DNA of 64,000 nucleotides from an uncultured delta proteobacterium. Lineage in GTDB: Bacteria > Myxococcota_A > Polyangia > Polyangiales > Polyangiaceae. Location: the NCBI GenBank assembly GCA_963782055.1, contig CAWAIF010000003.1, positions 6,464,001 to 6,528,000 on the forward strand, read 5' to 3'. Shown piece after piece: positions 1 to 9,338 of this stretch. Positions within the stretch are counted from its first letter, which is position 1; each line of letters starts with the position of its first letter. The notes beneath the pieces were generated by a model. It saw only the letters and a list, made by a program, of their open reading frames with translations. It did no database searches and had not been told where the DNA came from. Made by a program: the position numbers and the translations under genes.

Positions 1-780
1 CTCGACGAGATCGGCGACATCTCCCCCCGCACCCAGGTGGCCCTCCTGCGCGTGCTGCAGGAGCGCACCTTCGAGCGCGTCGGCGGCACGACGGCCATCC
101 GCGCCAACTGCCGCATCCTGTTTGCCACCCACCGCGACCTCAAGGCCATGGTGGAGCGCGGGGAGTTCCGCGAGGACCTCTACTACCGCCTGCGCGGCAT
201 CGTCCTGGAGGTGCCCGCCCTGCGCCACCGCCTGGGCGACATCCCGCGCATCTCCGAGCACCTGCTCGCTCGCATCGCCGTCGAGCGAGGGGAGACCCCC
301 AAGGCCCTCGCGGAGGACGCGCAGGAGCTGCTGCAGCGGCACCGCTGGGCGGGCAACGTCCGCGAGCTGGAGAATGCGCTGCGCGCCGCCTCCCTCTTCG
401 CCGAGACGAGCATCATCACCGCGAGCGACCTCGCCGACAACGTGGAGGATCTGCAATCCCTCGCGCAGGGCCCGCGCATCTCGCTGGTCTCTCTGGTGCC
501 GCCGCCCTCCTCGGAGCGGGTGGGCGCGGAGGACGAGGGCGAGAGCCCGCTTCCCCCTGGCGAGGCGGGCGCCACCGCCGTCGCCTACGCCTGCGTCCGC
601 CAGGGCGCGGTGTCCCTGGCCGACCTGAAGCGCCAGATCGAGCGCGACTGCATCGCCCGCGCCCTCGCCGAAACGCACGGGAACATCACTCGAGCCGCAG
701 CCCTTCTGGGCATGAAGCGTCCGCGGCTCTCCCAGCTCGTCAAGCAATACGGCCTCGCCGTAGGCTCCTTGGAGAACTGA
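1..780 (+). CDS. Sigma54-dependent (NtrC/Fis family) enhancer-binding protein, 5' truncated by window edge
   Basis: Frame from base 1 reads LDEIGDISPRTQVALLRVLQE (Walker B region), FREDLYYRL, WAGNVRELEN and a C-terminal Fis HTH GNITRAAALLG. Confidence 0.95.
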   Translation, partial: LDEIGDISPRTQVALLRVLQERTFERVGGTTAIRANCRILFATHRDLKAMVERGEFREDLYYRLRGIVLEVPALRHRLGDIPRISEHLLARIAVERGETPKALAEDAQELLQRHRWAGNVRELENALRAASLFAETSIITASDLADNVEDLQSLAQGPRISLVSLVPPPSSERVGAEDEGESPLPPGEAGATAVAYACVRQGAVSLADLKRQIERDCIARALAETHGNITRAAALLGMKRPRLSQLVKQYGLAVGSLEN

Positions 781-786
781 TTCGCC

Positions 787-1203
787 ATGAGGATCAACCA
801 GCGCAAGACAAGGATCGGTCGGTGGGTGCTCCTGCTCCCGCTGCTCGTCACCGGATGCGTCGTCGCCTCCCAGCCGGACCCGGCCGAGAGCAGCGAGACC
901 CAGGGCCTCTCCACGGCGCCCGCGACCACGGCGGCGCAGCCCGTGCGCCTCGACACCACGGTCATGTGGGTCCCGGGCGTGGGGTACGTCCCCGTCCGGC
1001 CGCAGTCCCTCAACGGCGCGCCCGGCCCCAACAACGCCGGCGACCCCAGCGCGACCGGCGATGGCACGGGCAACGACCCGCACCCATCTCCCTGGCACGG
1101 AGACCTCACCGGCTCCGCCACCGGCGCCGACGACACCGAGGGCTGCGACCCGCACCCGTCCCCCTGGAACCCCCGCGGCAACGTCACGCGCTCCGTCCAG
1201 TAG
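787..1203 (+). CDS. Small putative lipoprotein with two DPHPSPW repeats
   Basis: Basic N-terminus, hydrophobic stretch, lipobox VTGC; starts 6 nt after upstream stop; GC3-rich codons. Confidence 0.75.
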   Translation: MRINQRKTRIGRWVLLLPLLVTGCVVASQPDPAESSETQGLSTAPATTAAQPVRLDTTVMWVPGVGYVPVRPQSLNGAPGPNNAGDPSATGDGTGNDPHPSPWHGDLTGSATGADDTEGCDPHPSPWNPRGNVTRSVQ

Positions 1204-1255
1204 CCCGCGCAACGGCCGACTCGTCACGCCTCGCGTGGCGTGACACACTGGCCTC

Positions 1256-3448
1256 GTGGAGGACCTCCGCCCCCGCACGACGCTCTTCTGCGCCGTCCTC
1301 GCCCTGGCCATCGCGCTGTCGATGCTGCTGCGCGGCCGGCGCGCCGTGCACTGGCTGTTCGCGGCCTTCGCGACCGACCTGGCGTCCTGGTACCTGACCC
1401 AGTCGCTCTACGGCCTCTTCCAGGCGCCCATCTGGGTGCGCGCCACGGCCGTGCTGACCGTGCTCTTGCCGCAGTTCGCGGTGCACCTCTTCCAGGCCGT
1501 CGTCCCGCTGGAGCACGACGCCAAGCGGCCGGTCCTGCCCCGCGTCGCCGCCATCCTGGCCGTGCCCATGCTGGTGCTGGAGCTCTCGCCCTACCAGAAC
1601 GCCTCGCTCGCGCTGGCGCTGCTCTACACCTACGTCTTCGGCCTGCTCGCCGCCGCGCTGGTCTCGCTCGCCCTGCGCGCCAGACGTAGCCCCTCCCGCG
1701 CGGTGCGCGACCGCGTCCGCTTCCTGGTCGTCGTCGGCGCGCTCGCCACCACCTTCACCCTCGCCGACTTCCTCTCCTTCATGGGCGTGGTGCTGCCGCC
1801 CATCGGCGCGGTGCTCTCCATCGTCTTCCTCTTCGTGCTCGCCGAGTCGCTCACGCGCCCGCGCCTGGCCGACCTGTACGAGATGGCGGGCCGCCTGCTC
1901 GTCGCGACCGCCCTCGCCTTCTCGCTGGCGGGCATCTTCTACGTCTTCGTCGCACTCGTCGGCCGCTTCAACACGATGTACCTGAACGCCGTCCTCGCGG
2001 CGATCGTCTTCCTCGTGCTCTTCGAGCCGTTGCAGACGGAGGTCGAGCGGCGCATCCACCAGTTCTTCTTCCGCGAGCGCTACGACCTGGAGACGAGCGT
2101 CGCGGAGCTCCGGCGCCGCCTCTCGCACGTGCTGGAGATCGACGAGATGGTGGAGACGCTCCTGTCCGGCCTGGAGCGCTCCCGCCGCGTCACGAGCTGC
2201 GCCATCTACCTGCGTGATCAGGACGGCCACGGCTTCGACCTGGCCGGGTCCTTCGGCGACGCCGCGCCCTCCGACGGGCAGCCTGTCTCCCCGCTCCTGG
2301 GGCGCATCCCGCGGCGCATCGAGGCGCTGGTCGCGCGCCCGCTGCTGGATCGCCTGCAGCACTCCAGCGTCTCTTTGGAGGAGCTCTCGCGCGAGGGGAA
2401 GGAGTCGGACACCTCCGTGCTCACCGCGGCGAGCACCGTGGGGCTGCTCGGCAGCTCGGTGCTGCTCGCGGTGCGCGGCGACGAGGACCAGCTGGTGGGC
2501 ATCATCGTGGTGGCCGACTCCCGCGTGCGCGACGCCTTCACGCCGGAGGAGATCTCCCTGCTGGAGACCGTCGCCTCGCAGATCGGCGTCGCCATCGCCA
2601 ACAGCCGCATCTACTCGCAGATGAAGGAGCGCGATCGCCTCGCCGCGCTCGGCGCGATGGCGGCCGGCCTGGCGCACGAGGTGAAGAACCCCCTGGGCGC
2701 CATCAAGGGCGCGGCGCAGCTCCTGGAGGAGATGGGCGTGCAGGGCGAGGGCGAGGGCCAGCGCGAGTTCGTGGGCATCATCCTGGAGGAGGTGAACCGC
2801 CTGGACCGCGTCGTCGGCAGCTTCCTCGACTACGCGCGGCCGCACGCGGGCAACCCCATCCCGCTCGACCTGAGCGGCGCGGTGCGGCGCACCGTGCAGA
2901 TCCTCTCCAGCCAGCAGGGCGAGGACGTGAACATCCAGCTCGAGCTGGCCGAGAGCCTGCCGCGCGTGAAGATCGACCCCGAGCAGTTCCGGCAGGTGCT
3001 CATCAACCTGGTGCAGAACGCCATCCAGGCGATGAGCGGCAAGGGGCGCGTCACCGTGAGCACGTCGGCGCGCAGGCCGCCCTCGCGCGTGTGGAGCAGC
3101 TCCTCGTCCAGCTGGGCGTCGGCGCCGCCGAGCGAGCGCATCGCCCGCAACGCCGAGCCGGAGGTGGTGGAGGTCTCGGTGCGCGACACCGGCCCGGGCA
3201 TCTCCCAGAAGGTGCTCAAGAACCTCTTCGTGCCCTTCTTCACCACCAAGGAGCGAGGCACAGGCCTGGGCCTCGCCATCAGCCAGAGCATCGTGCAGAA
3301 CGCGGGCGGCACCATCCAGGTCCACAGCCAGCCCGGCGCGGGCACCACCTTCACCATCGTGCTGCCCGCGTCCACCGACACCCTCGCCACGCCGTTGCCC
3401 GAGCCTGTGTCCCCCGTGCCGGCGCCCGCCGCTCCCGCCAAGGCGTGA
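1256..3448 (+). CDS. Multi-TM sensor histidine kinase with GAF domain
   Basis: About 9 hydrophobic segments, GAF-like region, H-box LAHEVKNPL, N-box NLVQNAIQA, DTGPGI, FFTTK, GTGLGL. Confidence 0.95.
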   Translation: MEDLRPRTTLFCAVLALAIALSMLLRGRRAVHWLFAAFATDLASWYLTQSLYGLFQAPIWVRATAVLTVLLPQFAVHLFQAVVPLEHDAKRPVLPRVAAILAVPMLVLELSPYQNASLALALLYTYVFGLLAAALVSLALRARRSPSRAVRDRVRFLVVVGALATTFTLADFLSFMGVVLPPIGAVLSIVFLFVLAESLTRPRLADLYEMAGRLLVATALAFSLAGIFYVFVALVGRFNTMYLNAVLAAIVFLVLFEPLQTEVERRIHQFFFRERYDLETSVAELRRRLSHVLEIDEMVETLLSGLERSRRVTSCAIYLRDQDGHGFDLAGSFGDAAPSDGQPVSPLLGRIPRRIEALVARPLLDRLQHSSVSLEELSREGKESDTSVLTAASTVGLLGSSVLLAVRGDEDQLVGIIVVADSRVRDAFTPEEISLLETVASQIGVAIANSRIYSQMKERDRLAALGAMAAGLAHEVKNPLGAIKGAAQLLEEMGVQGEGEGQREFVGIILEEVNRLDRVVGSFLDYARPHAGNPIPLDLSGAVRRTVQILSSQQGEDVNIQLELAESLPRVKIDPEQFRQVLINLVQNAIQAMSGKGRVTVSTSARRPPSRVWSSSSSSWASAPPSERIARNAEPEVVEVSVRDTGPGISQKVLKNLFVPFFTTKERGTGLGLAISQSIVQNAGGTIQVHSQPGAGTTFTIVLPASTDTLATPLPEPVSPVPAPAAPAKA

Positions 3449-3450
3449 GG

Positions 3451-4251
3451 GTGAGCGCCGCGAGGACCGCACGGCGCCTCGCTGCGGCGCTGCTGATGGC
3501 GCTGCCGGTCTTGCCGGCCACGGGTGACGCGCGGGCCTCGGCGCTCCGCGAGGCCGGCGCGCGGACCGCTGGCTCGACGCTGGCGATCGGCGATCTGGAG
3601 ATCGACCTGGTACGCGTCGCGGCGGGCACGAAGGGGGCCGGCACCGCCCGGGACTTCTACGTCGCCCGCGAGCCCACCTCCCGCGGCGCCTTCGCCGCCT
3701 TCGTCAAGGAGACGGGCTACCTCACCGAGGCGGAGCGCGCCGCGAAGCACGCGGGGGACGCGGCGCTGACCGCCGCCCGCACGTGGAGCTCGCCTGGCTT
3801 CGCGCAGCGCGACGGCCAGCCGGTGCTGTTCGTCAGCCAGGTGGACGCCGTGGCCTTCACCGCGTGGGCCTCGGCGAAGACGGGCAGGACGGTGCGCCTG
3901 CCGACGGAGGCGGAGCACGCCCTGGCGCTCCACGCCGGCGCGATCGCCCCCGCCCGTGGGGGCACCAGCCCGCTGCGCGAGTGGTGCGCCGGCCAGGAGG
4001 GCGACGAGGCGGCGGGCGCGCCCGACGCCGATCAGGGCTTCCGCGTGGTGGCGGACGTCCCCGCGGGCCTCGCCGCGTCGCTCTCCGCGGTGCCGCCGCT
4101 CGTGCCGCCGGGGGGGCCGCGCGGTGTCGCGGGCGTGGCGCCCGGAGCCCCGAAGGACGACGGCGGGATCGGGTGGCTCGGCGTGATCTCGGGGATCGCG
4201 GGGGCGGCGCTGGTGATGCTCCTGGTGATCGGAAGAAGGCGGAGGGGGTGA
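3451..4251 (+). CDS. Secreted FGE/SUMF1-like domain protein with C-terminal TM anchor
   Basis: GTG just after kinase stop; signal peptide; FVKETGYLTEAE, PVLFVSQVDAVAF, RLPTEAE motifs; ends GGIGW-TM-RRRRG. Confidence 0.7.
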   Translation: MSAARTARRLAAALLMALPVLPATGDARASALREAGARTAGSTLAIGDLEIDLVRVAAGTKGAGTARDFYVAREPTSRGAFAAFVKETGYLTEAERAAKHAGDAALTAARTWSSPGFAQRDGQPVLFVSQVDAVAFTAWASAKTGRTVRLPTEAEHALALHAGAIAPARGGTSPLREWCAGQEGDEAAGAPDADQGFRVVADVPAGLAASLSAVPPLVPPGGPRGVAGVAPGAPKDDGGIGWLGVISGIAGAALVMLLVIGRRRRG

Positions 4252-4621
4252 GAAGATTGGGGGGGCCCCTCCTGGCTCGAGAGCTTGCGCGCGAGCCTCC
4301 TTCCCTTGCCTTCGCTCGCTCGGGCGGGGAGGAGGTCCGGGGCGGTGGTGGGCTGGCCATGGACGAGGAGGCGACGCGGTCCGGAGGGCTGCTCTGGCGG
4401 GCGTTCGCATGCTCGCGCTTCGCTCCAGCCTGCACACCAGCGAGCAGGACACCCTCCCCGTGTGGCGCGCGGAGCGCGACACCGAGGGGAGGGGCGCCAC
4501 GCGCAGGGCCCACGCGCAAGCTCGCGTGCGCGCCGGCGCTCGTGATGAGGTGCACGCTGGCGGCGCGCGCGCGAGCGAGCATGGGCCCGAGCACGGCGCG
4601 GGAGGGGCCCCCCCTCCTCTC

Positions 4622-6310
4622 TCAATCCCCCTGCATCAACCCGCGCACGCTGCCGTCCGCCTGCAGCTCCACGTGCCACGCCGCCGGCTCCCGCGGCAGG
4701 CCGGGCATCGTCAGCATGTCGCCCGTCAGCGGGACCAGGAAGCCCGCGCCCGCCGAGACGCGCACCTCGCGCACGGTGATGCGGAAGCCCGTCGGCGCGC
4801 CGTGGCGCGACGGATCGTCGGTGAGGGAGAGCTGCGTCTTGGCCATGCACACCGGCAGCTTCTCCGCGCCGAGCGTCCGCGCGCGCGCCAGGTCCGCCTT
4901 CGCGCGCGCGGTGAGGTCCACGCCGTCGGCGCCGTAGACGGCGCGGGCCACCTTCTCCATCTTCGCCTCCGGCGGGTCGGCGGCCTCGTAGGCGTACCGC
5001 GCGACCGGCGGCGAGGCGTCCGTCGCGTCGGCGGCGTCCGCGACGACCTGCGCGAGCGCCACGGCACCCTCCCCGCCCCGCGCGAAGCCCTCGCTGCGCG
5101 CGCACGCGGCGCCCAGCCTCGCCGACGCCGCCTCCACCGCGCGCAGCTCGTCCTCCGTGTCGCCGGGGAAGACGTTGATCGCCACCACCGCGGGCAGCCC
5201 GAAGCCGGCGAGGCTCGCGAGGTGACGCTCCAGGTGCGCGACGCCGCGCTGGAGCGCCGCGGCGTCCGGACGCGACGCCTCCTTCACCGCCAGGCCCCCG
5301 TGCATGCGCAGCGCGCGCAGCGTCACGACGAGCACGGCGACGCGCGGCCACACGCCCATCTGCCGGCACTTGATGTCCAGGAACTTCTCCCCGCCCAGGT
5401 CGAAGCCGAAGCCCGCCTCGGTGACGGCGTAGTCGCCCAGGTGCATCGCCAGGCGCGTGGCGAGCACGCTGTTGCACCCGTGGGCGATGTTGCCGAAGGG
5501 CCCGGTGTGCACCAGCGCCGCGCCGCCCTCCGCCGTCTGCACCAGGTTGGGCAGGAGGGCGTCGCGCAGCAGCGCGGTCATCGCCCCCGCCGCGCCGACC
5601 TCCTCCGCCGTGACCGCCGCGCCGCTCGTCGTCGCGGCCACCACGATGCGCCCCAGCCGCGCGCGCAGGTCGGCGTGGCTCTCGGCCAGGGCGAGCACCG
5701 CCATCACCTCGCTCGCGGCGGTGATGTCGAAGCGCTCCTCGCGCGGGACCCCGTGCGCCTTGCCGCCCAGACCCACCACGCAGTGGCGCAGGAAGCGGTC
5801 GTTGATGTCCAGCGCGCGGCCCCAGCGCACCTGCCGTGGGTCGATCTCGGCGCGCGGCGCGCCGCCCGTCACGGGCACCGCCTGGCGGAAGTGCAGCGCG
5901 TTGTCGACGAGCGCGGAGAGCAGGTTGTGGGCGCTGGTGATGGCGTGGATGTCCCCGGTGAAGTGCAGGTTGATGTCGTCGGCGGGGACGAGGGAGGCCT
6001 TGCCGCCTCCGGTGCCGCCGCCCTTGACGCCGAACACCGGCCCGAGCGACGGCTCCCGCAGGGCGAGCACCGCCTTCTTGCCCAGACGGCGCATGCCCAT
6101 CGCCAGCGCCACCGACGTCGTCGTCTTCCCCTCCCCGGCGGGCGTGGGGTTGATCGCCGTCACCAGCACCAGCCGCCCCTCGCCGCGCGGCGGCACCTGC
6201 AGCGCCTCCAGCCCCACCTTCGCCTTGTCGCGTCCCCACGCGATCGAGAAGGCCTCCAGCCCGTGCTCCACCGCGACGTCCAGGATGGGCCTGCGCGCGA
6301 AGTCCACCAT
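4622..6310 (-). CDS. fhs: Formate--tetrahydrofolate ligase
   Basis: TAINPTPAGEGKTT, LREPSLGPVFGVKGG, INLHFTGDIHAIT, GPFGNIAHGCNS, VTEAGFG, MAKTQLS, TMPGLP. Confidence 0.97.
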   Translation of the reverse strand: MVDFARRPILDVAVEHGLEAFSIAWGRDKAKVGLEALQVPPRGEGRLVLVTAINPTPAGEGKTTTSVALAMGMRRLGKKAVLALREPSLGPVFGVKGGGTGGGKASLVPADDINLHFTGDIHAITSAHNLLSALVDNALHFRQAVPVTGGAPRAEIDPRQVRWGRALDINDRFLRHCVVGLGGKAHGVPREERFDITAASEVMAVLALAESHADLRARLGRIVVAATTSGAAVTAEEVGAAGAMTALLRDALLPNLVQTAEGGAALVHTGPFGNIAHGCNSVLATRLAMHLGDYAVTEAGFGFDLGGEKFLDIKCRQMGVWPRVAVLVVTLRALRMHGGLAVKEASRPDAAALQRGVAHLERHLASLAGFGLPAVVAINVFPGDTEDELRAVEAASARLGAACARSEGFARGGEGAVALAQVVADAADATDASPPVARYAYEAADPPEAKMEKVARAVYGADGVDLTARAKADLARARTLGAEKLPVCMAKTQLSLTDDPSRHGAPTGFRITVREVRVSAGAGFLVPLTGDMLTMPGLPREPAAWHVELQADGSVRGLMQGD

Positions 6311-7392
6311 CAGCCGTACCGCTGCTCGAAGAGGGCGCGCAGCGACGGCATGGCCCGGAGCATGCCCAGCGAATGCTCGGCGTGACCGCGCGCGAAGCCA
6401 TTGCCGATGAAGAGGTCGACGTCCTTGCCGACGCCCTCCGCCCCCAGCGCCGCCTTGGTGAAGCTCGTCGACATGGCGAAGAAGTACGCGATGCCGCGGT
6501 CGCGCGCGCACAGGATGGCGCCCATCTCCACGTCGGGCACGTTGACGCAGGAGAAGACCACGTCGGCCTCCTTGCCGCCGGTGCGCGCCAGCACCTCGCG
6601 GCGGGTGGCGACCGGATCGCGGGCATCGGCGCGCACGACGTGATCGCACACGCCGAGCGCCTCGAGCTCCGCGGCGAAGGGCGCGTGCGACTCCACCCCG
6701 ACGACGAGCGCCTCCTCGCCGCCGGCGCGACGCGCCTCCGCCGCGCAGAGCACGCCGCTCTTGCCGCCGGCGCCCAGGATGACGACGCACGCGCCGGGCC
6801 GGACCAGCCGCGCCACCTGCGGCGCGGCGCCGGCCACGTCCAGCACCGCGAGCGCGACCCGCTCCGGCAGGTCCTCGGGCATGCGCGCGTAGGGCGACGA
6901 GGCGAAGAGCACCGCCTCGCCGTCGACGTCCAGCTGCGCGCTCGCCGGGCGTACCGCGCGCACGGCGTCGATGCGCAGCGGCGTCAGGGAGAGGGAGACC
7001 AGCGAGGCGACCCGGTCGCCCACCGCCAGCGCGCCGTCGCCCTCCCGGCCCGGGGCGAGCTGGAGGACCCGCCCGAGGAGCATCCCCCCCGATCCGGTGA
7101 CCGGGTTGTGCTGTTTTCCACGGCGCCCCACCGTCGCCCGGACCAGCTCGACCACACCCTCCTCGGCGCCCCCGCCGGAGGCCGCGCTCGCCTCCTCCAT
7201 CTGCCGGAAGCTCGCCGCGTCGACGTTGAGCGTCTCCACCGCGATGAGCATCTCACCGCGGAAAAGCCGCCCGAAATCGCTGTCCAGGCGCTCGGCGGGT
7301 TGAGGCAGGCTGCCCGCCGGCTCCAGCGCCCGGTGGGTCCCGAAGGGGTCACCGGCCGCCTCGACGGGCCTCGGCGTCGGAAGGGGCTTCAC
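6310..7392 (-). CDS. kdd: L-erythro-3,5-diaminohexanoate dehydrogenase (start uncertain, 7392-7452)
   Basis: DPFGTHRALEPAGSLPQPA, RGKQHNPVTGSGGML, SLVSLSLTPL, LDVAGAAPQ, FFAMSTSFTKAALGAEG. Confidence 0.9.
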   Translation of the reverse strand: MKPLPTPRPVEAAGDPFGTHRALEPAGSLPQPAERLDSDFGRLFRGEMLIAVETLNVDAASFRQMEEASAASGGGAEEGVVELVRATVGRRGKQHNPVTGSGGMLLGRVLQLAPGREGDGALAVGDRVASLVSLSLTPLRIDAVRAVRPASAQLDVDGEAVLFASSPYARMPEDLPERVALAVLDVAGAAPQVARLVRPGACVVILGAGGKSGVLCAAEARRAGGEEALVVGVESHAPFAAELEALGVCDHVVRADARDPVATRREVLARTGGKEADVVFSCVNVPDVEMGAILCARDRGIAYFFAMSTSFTKAALGAEGVGKDVDLFIGNGFARGHAEHSLGMLRAMPSLRALFEQRYG

Positions 7393-7518
7393 GCGGCCAC
7401 CATAGCCCGCAACTTCGGCCGGAACTACGCCGACTTGACCACCTTTGGCCATGGTAGCTACCCTTTTACCGACGTGGCAGAAGGCCTTGAGACTCGTCCG
7501 GCGTGGGCGCCCGAAGCG

Positions 7519-8475
7519 ATGAACGATCCGTCAATCCCTGGACCGCAGCAACGCGGAAAGACGTTCGTCCTTCGTTTCATCAGCGGCAAGTACCAGGGCG
7601 GAGAATTCCCGGTCACGCCGGGCAAGGAGATCATCGTCGGGCGGTCGAGCGATCTGGACATGGTCCTGGTCGAGGACATGGTCAGCCGCAAGCACGCCCG
7701 CATCAACCTGCAGGCGGACGGCATCTGGATCGAGGACCTCGGCTCGACCAACGGCACCTTCGTCAACGGCGAGAAGATCAAGCGCGCCCGCCTCAAGGAG
7801 GGCGACCGCATCCTCATCGGCACCAGCATCCTGAAGGTCATCGCGGGAGAGGGCGCGCCGGAGAGCACGAGCACCACAGACGCCAAGCGCGAGCTGGAGA
7901 GCGTGGCGGCGCAGCGGCGCACCAGCCAGGCGCGCACCATGTCCGGCGCCATCGAGGAGGTGCCGCTGCCCGACCTGATGCAGCTCTTCGGCACCTCCAA
8001 GAAGAACGGCGTGCTGGTCATCCGCACCGACGACGACGTCGGCAAGATCTACCTGCGCAAGGGCAACATCTACTACGCGCAGATCAACGAGCTGGACGAC
8101 GTCCCCCCGCTCAAGGCGCTCTTCCGCATGCTCACCTGGAAGAAGGGCCTCTTCGACCTGGACCCGCCGGACGAGCGGCAGTTCCCCGGCGAGATCGACG
8201 TCACCGTCCAGGAAGTCCTCATGGAGGGCATGCGGCAGCTGGACGAGTTCGACCAGCTCCGCGCCGAGCTCCCCGACCTCAACGCGCGCCTCGCCCTCGG
8301 GGCGCCGCTCATCCCCCCGCTGCGCGATCTCAAGGCGGAGGAGCTGGACGTGCTCCAGCTCGCCCACAACTACGGCCACGTCGAGACGGTGCTCAACAAG
8401 AGCCTGGCGACCGACCTGGAGACCGTGCAGATCCTCCTCAAGCTGCTGAAGGCCTCGTACCTGCGGGCGGAGTAG
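7519..8475 (+). CDS. FHA domain + DUF4388 (PATAN-like) protein
   Basis: GRSS, VSRKHA, DLGSTNGTFVNG (FHA); MSGAIEEVPLPDLMQ...LMEGMRQLDE (DUF4388-like). Confidence 0.85.
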   Translation: MNDPSIPGPQQRGKTFVLRFISGKYQGGEFPVTPGKEIIVGRSSDLDMVLVEDMVSRKHARINLQADGIWIEDLGSTNGTFVNGEKIKRARLKEGDRILIGTSILKVIAGEGAPESTSTTDAKRELESVAAQRRTSQARTMSGAIEEVPLPDLMQLFGTSKKNGVLVIRTDDDVGKIYLRKGNIYYAQINELDDVPPLKALFRMLTWKKGLFDLDPPDERQFPGEIDVTVQEVLMEGMRQLDEFDQLRAELPDLNARLALGAPLIPPLRDLKAEELDVLQLAHNYGHVETVLNKSLATDLETVQILLKLLKASYLRAE

Positions 8476-8477
8476 GG

Positions 8478-9242
8478 ATGCGCGTCGTCGTGACCGGCGC
8501 CTCGAGCGGCATCGGCCGCTCGCTGGCGCTGGCGTGGGCCCGGCGCGGGGCGCACCTGATCCTCTCCGCCCGCGGCGCCGACGCCCTCGCCCGGGTGGCG
8601 CGGGAGGTGGAGGACGCCGGCGGCCGGGCCACGGTGTGCGACGCCGACCTCACCCGCTCGCGCGATCGCGTCAGGCTGATCGACCGCGCCCTGGCGGAGG
8701 GCGGCGTGGACGTGCTGGTGAACAACGCCGGCCGCGGCTACTACGCCCTCTTCCAGGACATCGACGTGGTGGAGCTGGAGAATCTCTTCGCGCTCAACGT
8801 CGTCGCGCCGGTCCACCTGACGCAGCTCGCCCTGCCTTCGCTGCGCAAGTCGCAGGGCGCGGTGGTGATGATGTCCTCGGTGGCGGGCGTCGCCTCCTCC
8901 CCGAAGCTGGGCGCCTACGCCGCGAGCAAGTTCGCCCTGGAGGCGCTGAGCGTCGCGCTGCGCGCCGAGGAGCCGGAGCTGCGCGTGGTCGTGGTGCGGC
9001 CGGGCCCGGTGGACACCCCCTTCCGCGCCAACGCCTTCACCCGCAGGACGGGCGCCGGCGTGCGGCCGAAGGCGGCGCGCGTGCAGACCCCGGAGGAGGT
9101 GGCCGAGCTCACCCTCCGCGCGGTGGACGAGGGCGAGCCGGTCGTGGAGACGACGGCCTTCGTGCGCGTGGCGTCGCTGGCGTCGCGGTTGGCGCCGGGC
9201 GTCTTCCGTCGCGTCGCCCGCCGCATGGCCCGCTCCTCCTGA
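8478..9242 (+). CDS. SDR family oxidoreductase
   Basis: TGASSGIG, NNAG, catalytic YAASK. Confidence 0.93.
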   Translation: MRVVVTGASSGIGRSLALAWARRGAHLILSARGADALARVAREVEDAGGRATVCDADLTRSRDRVRLIDRALAEGGVDVLVNNAGRGYYALFQDIDVVELENLFALNVVAPVHLTQLALPSLRKSQGAVVMMSSVAGVASSPKLGAYAASKFALEALSVALRAEEPELRVVVVRPGPVDTPFRANAFTRRTGAGVRPKAARVQTPEEVAELTLRAVDEGEPVVETTAFVRVASLASRLAPGVFRRVARRMARSS

Positions 9243-9273
9243 ACCGGCGCCCGCGCGCGCGGCCTACCGCCGC

Positions 9274-9314
9274 ACAAAAGCAGAGCGCCCCGGACCTTTC
9301 GGCCCGAGGCGCTC
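9274..9314 (-). terminator. Intrinsic terminator of the metalloprotease gene
   Basis: Minus strand GAGCGCCTCGGGCC-GAAA-GGTCCGGGGCGCTC followed by TGCTTTTGT, about 25 nt after stop at 9339. Confidence 0.75.
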
Positions 9315-9338
9315 ATGCCTACCGTGCGCGGTGCGCGC

